A program made the translations under genes and the position numbers. DNA of 64,000 nucleotides from Vicugna vicugna (lineage: Eukaryota): assembly GCA_013265495.1 (NCBI GenBank), contig MU058531.1:3472911-3536910 (forward strand). Direction: 5' to 3'. The notes under the pieces were generated by a model. The model did not search any database. It was not told the origin of the DNA and was given only the letters and a program-made list of their open reading frames with translations. This document shows positions 53,301 to 64,000 of this stretch, piece after piece (position 1 is the stretch's first letter; each line of letters starts with the position of its first letter).

Positions 53301-55036
53301 TAACTGATGGTGAAGATAATGATTCTAGGAAACTAATAACTTTGGATCACTCCTTTCAGAACATATAAGAAAATGCTCCTTGCTTCCAATATTGTAATAT
53401 TTTAAGATCACTATTTACAAGCTAGCAAGACATTCGGGGAAATGGAAGTCCCCATTTTGAACTGTTTAACACACATCTGTGGTCTCTTTGAATGATTGCG
53501 AAAGTGGCAGATAGAGGCACTGATATTAGGATTTGTGCCACTGTCTGTAGCTGGATTTATAAAATAGAGAAACTGCATCTAAAGGAAAGTTTTCTAATGT
53601 TTTTACCTCAAGTCTTCTCTCAAAATGTTAAAGAAAGAAACCACTCATATCCACATTTAATGTGATTTGAAATTTCAAAATATAGTTGATAGCATGAATG
53701 ACAGCATTTAGTGAAATGCTGAATATACATTTTAAAATATTATGTGTTCTCCTCTCCCCTACCTGCCCTGTCCCAACCCTGGCCAAGACTGTCATCACCC
53801 TTGACAGGTGGTGGGCTGGGCCAGATTCCACATGACCCCTAGGGCTCTTCTAGCCCTAGGAGTTTATGATTTAGGGACTAAATGTCAAAACCCTGGAGAT
53901 CCAAGTCCTCATCTTAACAGGAAAGAAGTTCCTGTGTAAAGGGACACAATGAGATGTCACCCTAAGAATTGGAGCTCTTTTTTTAATTTTTTTATTTTTT
54001 TGGAAGGAATGACATGACAGGACAACTTTGAGGAGGATAACACCACACCCAGTGATTCCCTTTTTCCTGAGAAGATGAGACTAGTAGGAAAAACACCACA
54101 CATGCATAAAGACATCCTATCAGCAGTGTAACTCCCTGAAGATTTTTAAAAACTTCTTTCTTAGAAATCCTTGAGAAAACAATACACCCGTCTACTTGGA
54201 CTCAAGTTAGGTAACTCTGAACTATGGATGTGAGACCCTGACTTCAGGGAATTTCTTCCATCTCTGTACCATGAATCTAAAAACGGCCAAGGAAACTTTT
54301 AACAGTCATGAGTCTGGAGTCTTCCTTTTGCCTTCTAGCCAGCCATGTGACCTTTAGCAACTCCTTTAGCCCCCCGGAGTCAGTTTCTGCTCGGTAAGAC
54401 AAAGGATTAGACCAGATGATCTCCAACACCCCTCAGAACCTGAGCTCTGGAGTCTGATCTCCCAAGTTTGAATCCCAGCTGCATTGTTTACATGACCTAA
54501 GTTATTAAGTCTCTCTTTTCCCCTCTGTCAGATGAGGATAATGCTGCCCTCTAGATAAGCTTGTTAGGGCCATTAATGCCATCAACTGTTTGAATGTAAT
54601 ACAGAACCCGAAATATCCAATATGAGCTACTCACTCGCTATACCCCTATTCCTGGGAGAGGAAGAGGCAGGAACCAAGTCTTCCGGTCAACAGCCACGGC
54701 CCTGGGCTCAGCAGCTTGGATTCTGTGGGTTGGGGTGATGGTGAGGGTTCTGCTGTTGCTACATACTATATATTTTGGCATGAACTGCTCTCTTCATTTC
54801 TTTGAGGTAGTGATTTCTTGTCTGATCCACCCTCATCCTGATTATTACAGCTGGGCAGAGCCCCCAGAGGGGAAGCCGCTGAACCCCTAGTTCAGAGTGA
54901 GGGGAATCTTCTTAGGATACGAGGGGAGAATGAATACCCTGTCTTTCATGGAAGAAATTTAGGGAGAAGGGGCCTCACTCAGGCGTAATGAAATGGGACT
55001 GCCCAGCCCTGAATGCCCAACCTACTTCCTTGTGGT

Positions 55037-55880
55037 TTTGTAACAGCTTTATTGAGATACAATTCATATGCCATAAATACAAACATTTAAATTCTAGGGT
55101 TCAGTGGGGTTTTTTTAGTATATTCATAGAGTTGTGCAACCAACACCACAGTCAATTTTAGAACATGTTCATCACCCCCAAAAGAAACCCCATTCCTACC
55201 TGCAGTCACTCCCCATTCCTCTCTAACCTTAGTCCCTGGAAACCACTAATCTATCTGCTTTCTGTCTCTATGAATTTGCATATTCTGGACATGTCACCTA
55301 AATGGAATCATACAGTATGTGGTCTTTTGTGTGTGGCTTCTTTCACTTAGCATAATGTTTTCAAGATTCATCCACATTGTAGCACATACCAGTGCTTCAT
55401 TCTCTTTTATTGTCAAGTAATATTCTGTTATGTGGATATAACTTGTGCTGTTTATCCATTCATCAGTTGATGGACATTTGGGTTGTTTCACTTCTGGGTT
55501 ATTACAAATAATCCTGCTATGAACAGTCATGTATAAATTTGTGTATGGATGCATGTTTTCATTTCTCTTGGGTAATTACCTAGGAGTGGAATCACTGGGT
55601 TATATGGTAACTCAATTTTTTGCATTTTGAGGAATTACCAAACTGTGTTCCAAAGTGGTTGCACCATTTTTCATTTCCACCGGCAATATACGAAGGGTCT
55701 GATTTCTCCATATCCTTGTCAAACTCTGTCTTTCTGATCATAGCCATCCTAGTAGATGTGATGTGGTAGCAAACTGTGGTTTTGATACCATTTCCCTAAA
55801 TGGCTCGTGATGTTGAGTATCTTTTCATGTGCTTATATTTGTGTGTCTTCTTTAGAGAAATTTATGTTCAAATTCTTTCT
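55037..55880 (-). mobile_element. Old L1 (L1MB-like) 3' region
   Basis: agctttattgagatacaattca, atcacccccaaaagaaacccc, tttatccattcatcagttgatggacatttggg. The minus-strand ORF 55294-55554 gives KQPKCPSTDEWIN...WMNLENIMLSE (L1 ORF2 C-terminus). Confidence 0.9.
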
Positions 55881-56261
55881 CACAACATTTCTGACAGTGA
55901 AGCATATTATTAAGATACAGTCTCATCCTTCATAGATGGGCTGTTGTCATTCTGAATCCTTGACCGTGAATGTGTGTTCTGGGTAGGGAAAGTGAGAGCT
56001 CTACTTCCAAGTGTGGACAAGAAGAGAGGGAACAGCACTTAAGATTCCCCCTCTAACTGGGATTTATGTCTATTAGCAGGGAAGACAGAAAATCGTTGTT
56101 TTATAGACATGTATCCATTCTCAGTAGAAAAACTCTGGACTCGAAGGTAGAAGACCTGGGTTCAATTCCTGGTTCTGGTTGGTGATTATGAACAAGTTGC
56201 TTTGTAGGTAACTTAGCTTCTTTAAACTTTCCTTTCCACCACCCCTTTTCAGTGATTTTCT

Positions 56262-56870
56262 TTCCTTTTTTGAATTGCAGTATAATTTGCATACACTAGA
56301 ATTCACCCTTTTGGTCTACAGTTTGAGTTTTGACAGATGCATACAGTTGTGTAATGACCACCACAATCAGGATAGAGAATATTTCCCTCATTTCAAAAGT
56401 TCCCTTTGCCCCCTTTGTATTTATTCTTCTCCTTTACTGCAGACCTCTGGGAATTCCTGGTCTGATTCCTCTCCTTATCCTTTTGCCTTTTCCAGAAGGT
56501 CCTATAAATGGACTCTTACAGCCTTTTGAGCCTGGCTTTTTTCACTAAGAAGAATGCATTGAAAATTCATCATTGTTATTGAATATATCAATAATTTGTT
56601 CTGAGTGGTATTTCATTTTATGTATATCTAAACTAGTTTAATTTATCCATTCATCAGTGGAAGGCCATTTGGGTTATATTCAATTTTTTGCAGCTATGAA
56701 TTAAGCCACAAAAAAACATTCTCAAATAGGTGAATATTTTTATTTCTCTTGGGTAAATGCTAAGCTATTTTGCAAAGCATTGTGCAAAGTGTCTATATCA
56801 CTTGGCATTCCCGACAATAATTTGTGAGGATTTCAAGTGCTCCCTACCCTCACCAGTATTTGTTGTCACA
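56262..56870 (-). mobile_element. Old L1 (L1MC/ME-like) 3' region
   Basis: ttgaattgcagtataatttgcatac, gagttttgacagatgcatacagttgtgtaa, tttatccattcatcagtggaaggccatttggg. Confidence 0.8.
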
Positions 56871-58274
56871 AACCTCAGTTTTTTCACCTATAAATGGAAC
56901 AACAATACCTGCCTTACTCTCTCAGGATCATTAGATAGAAGTAAATGTGAAACCACACAAGTAGCAGTGCTTTTGTAAACTGTAAAGTGCTGTACCCACG
57001 TAAGAAATGCTGCTGCTTATGACGATAATGATCATGCCCACTTATATGTAAAACTTGTTTCCCACGTGAGCTAAATATTTTGTGTTTTTTCTGCTCCATC
57101 TTGGCAGGCAGAATGAGTTATAGCAAGTCTAAAGCAGTGAGAGGTTTTGCCTCAGATGCATTCTGAAGTTTACTTTGGCTCTAGTTTTTGAACTTTTCAC
57201 AGAAGCAGATAAGTTTTGTAAAGAAAAATGACCTTCTGTGATGGAAGTCAGCAGGAGTAGAGTCAGCAAGACAGGCAGTATGACGTGCTGTGGGAGAAAT
57301 AAAAGCAGGCCTAACCAGGCGGTGTCCCCAGGGTAAGGCCCGCATAACTGCGGCAGTTAAGAGGACTGGCTGCCTAGCATGCCCCGTCAGGATGGGGTGG
57401 GAGGAGTGGGCAGGAAAACTGAAAATAACAGTAGTAATTTCAACTTACTCTTTTCAAATTTGAAATTTACTTTTTTCCATGTTAGAAACAGAAAGGTGTG
57501 AGAAACAAACCAGCAACAGTTTTCGCATTGACATCAGTATGAACTAATGTTTACAGATGTCAGATGGTGACATGTAGAAATATTTATAGACGTGTATGAA
57601 TTCACAGGTCAATATACACATACGTATTTCCTTGCTCTGGCATCTAAGGGCCTAGATGCAACTGAAGCAACTGACACCCCAGTAGCAATGAAAACACCTG
57701 CTCCTCAGATCTTGCTCTCTGATTCCATCCTCTAATAAAAGGAACCAGGGCTCCTTGGAGAAATGGCTGATTCTGACTGGGGCAAGAAATGCACACAATG
57801 AACGTGGAGCATCTGGTAGTGCTAAAATGTAAGTAAGCGGTCAAAAATCCACAATGATGGGTATGTTAAAGAGGCACAAGACCCAGATGAAAGGGCTCCC
57901 AGTGGCCAAAGCTGGAGCAATTTGAGCAACAAAATAAAGTACTACAAATATCTCTCTGGCTTTTCAAAGGTTCAATTTACTTCATCTTACTTGATGAAAG
58001 ATCTACACCAGTTTCTCTTTTTGCTAAACAAAAAAAAAATTCAAAAAGGATTTCTACTTTTAAGAAAAAAGGCAAAAAGCAATAATAGCGTTTAGCATTG
58101 TTTTGCAGTGAGCAGTTATAGAGACAGCATGCACCACGCTGAGCAGTGAGTGGCACTGCCAAGCTCCCTCCCCGGGAGCTACACTCAGCACCTTAGTGCC
58201 ACAGCTCTGGGCTGGGTCTGTGAACGTCTGTGCTTTATACCAATTTATCCTGTATCCATTAGCAAGATGGGTCC

Positions 58275-58359
58275 TAAGGTAATCACTTCTCTTTATGCCA
58301 TTCTGGTTTACAAAGGTTTCATGGGAGCGCTCTACTTTCAGATAGCGGGGAAAACCTGT
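58275..58359. mobile_element. TcMar-Tigger (Tigger6-like) terminal fragment
   Basis: acaaaggtttcatgggagcgctctactttcagatagcggggaaaacctg resembles a recalled Tigger terminal inverted repeat. Confidence 0.5.
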
Positions 58360-58418
58360 GTTAGAGCATTGCCTGCTGTGACTTTTTTAAATGAACACTA
58401 CTTAAGTGGAACCCCCGG

Positions 58419-58870
58419 TGTTGGATGGTGAGCCGCTGTTTCAACAAAGACCTCTAGGAAAAGGTCCTGGAGGAGATTCACAGCACACCTCAAGGGGCCA
58501 CTTGGAGAAGCCAAGGTAGGGTGCAGGTCGTGAGAGAGGCAGGACCTGGGGCACATGCCTTTCTTAAGGTTCATGGGTGGAGTGCTCTGGGGTTCCCAGG
58601 CTAAAGCCAGATTGGTCGATCCAAAACAAAAAGAGCAGGGCTTTGGTAAACTCCACAGGTGCCTTGTCTAAGGAACACGTGGCCCTGGGCATGGGGAGAA
58701 AGTGCTCATCACAAGAGTTTTGGGGGCAGTCATATCAGAAACTTACATTTACTTGTGATTCTGCAGGCTGTTATCCAGGGCATTGCTGGAGGGAGGGGCT
58801 GGTGGCAGCTTAAGGCTTGGCCGCATACAATGGCTGCCTAGACAACACTATCAGAGAGTAACTAGCCTCT
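58419..58870 (-). mobile_element. Probable ERV-class solo LTR
   Basis: GC-richer block interrupting the L1 remnant, with LTR-like motifs (gagagaggcaggacctggggcacatgcctttctt, gccagattggtc). Family not identified. Confidence 0.4.
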
Positions 58871-61139
58871 CAGCGTAGCCCGGGGTATCAGATAAATACT
58901 CCTGAATCTATACTGATATAAGTAAATGACTGAGTAAGTAAATGGGAAAAACAGACAAATCTCCTAAATCCAAAGAATTCCAAATAACTAATTATAGAAA
59001 CAGCCCTCTGAGAGGTGGAGTGTGCCTCCCTACTCCTTAAGAGTGAGCTGTGCCTGGTGACCTCCTTCCAAAGAGGACAATGTGGAGAGAGAGGGAAAAT
59101 AAGTAACCTTACAGGATGAAGACTTTAGGTAAAAACTGAGAAAAAAAATGAGTTATGGAATTTGCTTAATAATAATATATCAATATTATTTTATTAATTG
59201 TGACAAATGTACCATGCTAACCTAAGACCTTAATAAAAGAGGAAATTGGGTGCTGGGTATTTGGGAATTCTTTGTCTCTATTCTCGCTATTTTTCTGTAA
59301 GTCTAAAAATATTCCAAAATTTAGAGTTTACTTTTAAAAAGCTTTCTTCTCACAAAATAAGAAAAATTGATCCAAAATTGCCCCACTGAAAAACATTCCC
59401 TGAAGAATTTTAGTTTAATCTTGATGAAATTTTAAACAAAATAATTTTTTTAAAGGTTATATGACATGAGTTAGGTAAGGTTCAAATGAAATTTTTTTTT
59501 ATTGTTACTCACTTAGATACCCAAAGAGAAGGATAACTATAAATATTTTGGGAGCATTTTCTTTATAAAATTTAAATATGAAGAAACATTTAGTAAAAAT
59601 AAATAAACAAACAAACAAACTCAGAAGATAATTATTCAGAACATCAGGCACAAAATCAAATACCACTTTTTCTGCCATGTTAAAAAGAAAATCCAGCTTG
59701 ATTTACATTTCTTCTCTAAAATGTTATTTAGTTTTGCTTTTCGAATTAACAAATAAGAGCAAGTGTACAAATAAGATCAACTCACAAATGTTTTATTTAG
59801 AACCCAATATTTTATGATATGACCATGGTTGTCCACATCCAAACATCTGGACCGTCTAGTTCAGTCGATCAAGATGTTTTATGCCAAGGGGAAATTCCTG
59901 TATTCCTTTTGTCAATTTAATTTATTCCTGGCCACAGTACTCTTCCCTCCTTCCTGAGATAATAGTGATGCCTTTGAAGGATATGGAGTAGTTTAATCTT
60001 CCGTTGCTTTCTAGTGAGCTTCCTGTAACAGAAAGTTTCTGGCAAGACGTTTTTACATTCAGATCCAATTTACTGTCTGTGACGAAACTGAGCCAAGAAC
60101 TTCACCACCACATCCACCTTCCCCCCGCCAAGAAGCTGATATTCCCCAGCCTCAGCCCCCAAGACTCAGGGCTGCCAGGCACTCAGCTTGCGTGGGTTTC
60201 CTCTCCTGGGGCTCTGACCTTAGGACTGAGGTCTTTCCCCACTATAACTCTCCAGGGGCATTTTGGCCCATTCTGTGCTCAGCTGGTCATTTATGACTTG
60301 ATGACAATGTGAGGAAACATTGGGCCTTTGTCTGCAAGATATGTAAGTCCAGCAGAGTTAGGCAATGACCAGGTATGGAGTTTATTCATTGGTTGGATTT
60401 ATTCTCATGTTAAGTCTGGCTCATCACAAGTTCAGTCTGAAAACTCTTCACAGCTACCTCCACCCTAGAGGGAAGTCTGTCCTCAGTTAAGTGTCTGCAG
60501 CACCTCTACTGTACCTTCCACGACTACTGCCATCTCTCAGGTGTTCCTTTATGATTGTTGCCTCATTGTTCAAGTAACATAGTTACTGACTGGCCCCCGT
60601 GGTTGCTCCTACCTGACTCAGTAGTGGTGATAGCTCTGATTAGTTGAGCACTTAAACAGGTCTACATGGTGTGCTTCATCCATGTGGCCTTCTTGAATCC
60701 TCTGCACAGTCCTGGGGTATGGCTACTGTTGTTCCCATTTTATAGATGGGCATACTGGAGCTTGAAGAACTTAGAAAACATGTTAGAGTTCACACAGCTG
60801 GGATTCTGGAGTCTGTGTGTCTCCAACACCCTACATGTGGTGGCAGTGGGTCAGATCAGGGCTCCGCCATGCTCTTGGCTCCCCCGGCTGTGACCCTGTC
60901 CTCCACAGCACAAATGGACACCTGTCAGTCTGCTCTGAATATTTGTCTAACTCAGCACTCCTAGACCTATCTTTACACTTGCCATATTTCTCCATACAAG
61001 AAAGCATAAAAGTACAAATAAGAATGTTTCACATTAATGGTAATATTCTCATATTAATATTATAGATGGAAATTATTATTTTAAGTCCAATCAATCACAC
61101 CTGCTTTGGAAGTACCATATTTCAAACTTAGAAATATAG

Positions 61140-61229
61140 GCTGCTCTCCCTTCTGAGACGGACCACATTCTATCCGTCTATGGAATGTGTGTTTCTCTAA
61201 ATAAACTTGATTTCACTTAAAAAAAAAAA
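61140..61229 (+). mobile_element. Short poly(A)-tailed insert resembling the R end of an LTR transcript
   Basis: ctgctctcccttctgagacggaccacattctatccgtctatggaatgtgtgtttctctaAATAAActtgatttcactt followed by A11. Confidence 0.5.
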
Positions 61230-63194
61230 CGTAGAGCTCTTCAGTTGCATTAAACTCACTGTGTCCTTTTTGGCGACTCCACATTCCACAACAAAGTGTC
61301 ATACTGAGAAATACTCAGAGCAAAAATGTCTTACTTAGCTTCCTAAAGATATTTTGTCTGCATCTCTGTTACTATGTCTGAGGTCCCAAGTGAATTTGGT
61401 AGGTTGCTGGAGCTGGGCCTCCATATGCAGAAAAGATGTAAGAAGATATCTCCATCCCTCCTGGACCCAGTCAACCTTGTGCATTGGGGAGATCATACAG
61501 ACCACAGCCTTGACTTCTCTCCCCAAAAGCAGAACACAAAGGAAATCAAGCAAAATTAATCTTCACAACATCTGAATGCATAAGAAATACTAGTGTTTAA
61601 TCTGAAATTATATAGGGTAATAAGAGAATGGAGACCCTCGGGTTTTAATCTGAAAACTTCCACTAACTAGCTTTTTGTGGCTCTCAGTGAAGGAAGGCAA
61701 CCTCTCTGAGCCTTATTTCCCTTACTTGTAAATTGTAAAATGTCAGCATTAGACTATTTATTAATGGATTATTTATGTCTCCTCCATGCAGAAAAAAAAA
61801 ATTCAAGAAGAACGGTGGTAAAAAGGATAGAATCATACAAGAAAGGCTAGACCAATGTGGAAAAAAAAAAAAAGCCTAGGCAAAGGGAAACCAACACCAT
61901 TGATCCAAAACTTGGTCTGAGCTTCCTGGTAGCCTAGGCAAAAAGAGAAAGATGATAGAATATTATTCTTGTTATCTGAAAAAGAAGGAGTTTAGAGAGG
62001 AGGGGAAGAAGAGGAATGAGAGGAGGAAGGCAAAGAAGCAGCAGCATACCAGATCGTCCAAAACTCAAAGCTAAACTCGGGGAGGAATTTTTTTCTACAT
62101 GTCCCATAGAGGGTGGATAGTCTTCAAGAGCAGTTTTGAGGTCAAAAACATTTGCAAGAAAGAGTTTCTGGCCATATTTTATATTGACCTTCAATAAAAG
62201 GACATAATTTAAAACCATAGCTCTCTGAAAAATACTCATGTTGAGAGCTAAAATAATCTAGTCCAGGTGTGCTGCTCTCTGACAGTCTTACTTGGCACAG
62301 GGATAAAGCTTAGAAAATCTGAGACATGAGTGTCCAGTATGACCCTTTGGATGTCTTTCTCAAATACCAGTTGCCTCAGCCAAGCTTTGGACAAGCGTGA
62401 CATGCTACAGACTGAAAATGGAGATTCCTGGCAAGTTCCTTTATATATAAAAGTCAGGTTTGTAAAAGTTCTCCACCCTTTCGCGACCTTTCTGTTCCCA
62501 GAGACTTTCGCCTGTCTACCTGCAGAGAGGGCCGAGAAACATCATTAGGGTGACCCATAGTGAAGGACTGAGGAAGAGAATTTCATTTTCTCCTGCAGAG
62601 CATGCTCTATTGTTGGATTTTCTTTTTACAACAAACATGTAGTGCTTAAAACAATAAAGTTGAAACTAAGGACCTGGTGAATGGAGGGAAAGAGAGAAGG
62701 AAAGGAGGGAAGGGGGAAGAGAGAGAATGAAAATGAAGTACAGTTGCATGCAAATAAATCTGAAAAGGTCTGTTTAACAAAAAGAAGAAGGTGAGGCACA
62801 GGAGGCCCTAGTGCAGTCCTGTCCCTTAGATGTTGCTCCACAGATATCTGTCGAATGATTAACTCCACAGAACACGGAGGAGAGGACCAGCCGGGAAGAG
62901 TCTGAGGGCGAGTTGGCCACCTTGACTAGGGCACAGATGTACCTCAGCTCCTTTAAAACACTTTGTTGTGACTGAGGCAGCATCCTAACACCCTTTCTGG
63001 GGTGAGCAGCTCCAAAAGGCATCCCCCCACCCAGATTCCTAAATGGACCATTAAATGGGTTCATCTATCAGCTAGAATTCTGTGTCAGAGGCAGGCTGCC
63101 AAAAGCAACTCTTCAGATCCAGCACAATTGGAAATGAGCGCTTCCTCCTGTCATCAGTCAGCTAGCACTTTTGTTTGCTTCTTGAGGCCACACT

Positions 63195-63780
63195 ATCATT
63201 CATTTGTTCATTCAGTCATTCTTCCGGAAATATTGCTGGAGTGCCGACAGTGTGCCGGGCACTGTTCTAGGCTCTGGAGATCCTGCAGTGAAAAAAGCAG
63301 ACAGAAACCTCTCTGGATAGGAATTACATTCTAGTTAGGTGGAGACAGATGAGAAGGTGCATAAGAAAAGCATATGGCATGATAAGTGCAAGGAAGAAAA
63401 ATAAAGCAGGGAAGAGGATGGGGAGCATTAGGGAGGAGTGGCTATTGTAACTTTAAATAGGGTGGTGAGGGAAGGCCTCACTGAGAGGCTAGTATTTGAG
63501 TGAAGGCAGGAAGGGGTGGAGGAAATAGCTATCTGGACGTCTGAAGGAGGAGCAGTCCAGGCAGAGGGAAGAGTAAGTGCAAATGCCCTGTGGAGATGGG
63601 GGTGGGGTGGGCCGCTTGCCTGGCACATTCAAGGAGGTCTATGCGGCTGTGGAGGATGGAAGGGAGCGGCAAGAGTCGGAGGGTGGAGGAGGTAAGATGG
63701 CTTGATTATATAGAGTTTTGCAGACCATTTCAGCTTTACCCAGAATGATACGGGAAATTATTGGAAAGTTTTGACCAAAT
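63195..63780 (-). mobile_element. L2 (L2a-like) 3' fragment
   Basis: cattcatttgttcattca...tgtgccgggcactgttctaggctctggagat...tagggtggtgagggaaggcctcactgag...ccaggcagagggaagagtaagtgcaaatgccctg. Confidence 0.85.
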
Positions 63781-64000
63781 TGTGTATATCCTTTCCTGAC
63801 CTGTTCTTTCACTCAACCTTGTATTTGAAATTCATTCATATTGATATACGTAGCTACAGTTGATTCATTTTCATTGCTCGGGTAGTCCTTAGAAAATTGC
63901 TTCTACCATTGAAAGACAGTAGTTTCTCATTTTTTTGGTCATCATGTAGATACGTCTTTCTGTTTGCAATTGTGGAGTGTGGGGAGCGTATTGAAATGAT

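Larger units (their letters stand above)
57490..59340 (+). mobile_element. Old L1MC/MD-like 3'UTR pieces (about 57490-57940 and 58905-59340) interrupted by other elements
   Basis: aataaaaggaaccagggctccttggagaaatggctgattc and ccagtggccaaagctggagcaatttgagcaacaaaataaag, later taattgtgacaaatgtaccatgctaa...tttttctgtaagtctaaaaatattccaaaa. Confidence 0.7.

Overview
This is mammalian genomic DNA, not prokaryotic, and most likely from a camelid: it carries a tRNA-derived Vic-1-like SINE and cetartiodactyl-type L1 3' ends. The whole window lies inside PLCE1 (phospholipase C epsilon 1) on the + strand. Two coding exons are present, 4152-4440 (IYNAVRR...GRMMLK) and 37851-38167 (ERQPG...LVMRFNE, start of the RasGEF/CDC25 domain). 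They splice in frame across a 33,410-bp GT-AG intron. The preceding exon and the next one (VSSWVTWL...) are not in the window. Everything else is intron, rich in old and lineage-specific repeats (L1, L2, MIR, MLT1/ERV LTRs, hAT/TcMar DNA transposons, microsatellites), and almost all other ORF-track entries are chance ORFs or L1 remnants. I found no support for a new multi-gene system. The best second-look items are a doubly nested, sense-oriented L1 insertion with two target-site duplication (TSD) pairs ending about 80 nt upstream of a PLCE1 acceptor, two tiny poly(A)-tailed retrocopy-like inserts, a degenerate 31-bp tandem array, a perfect 20-bp palindrome and a few candidate regulatory motif clusters. 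Repeat family names and human comparisons come from recall of consensus and protein sequences, not from a database search. Repeat boundaries are approximate.
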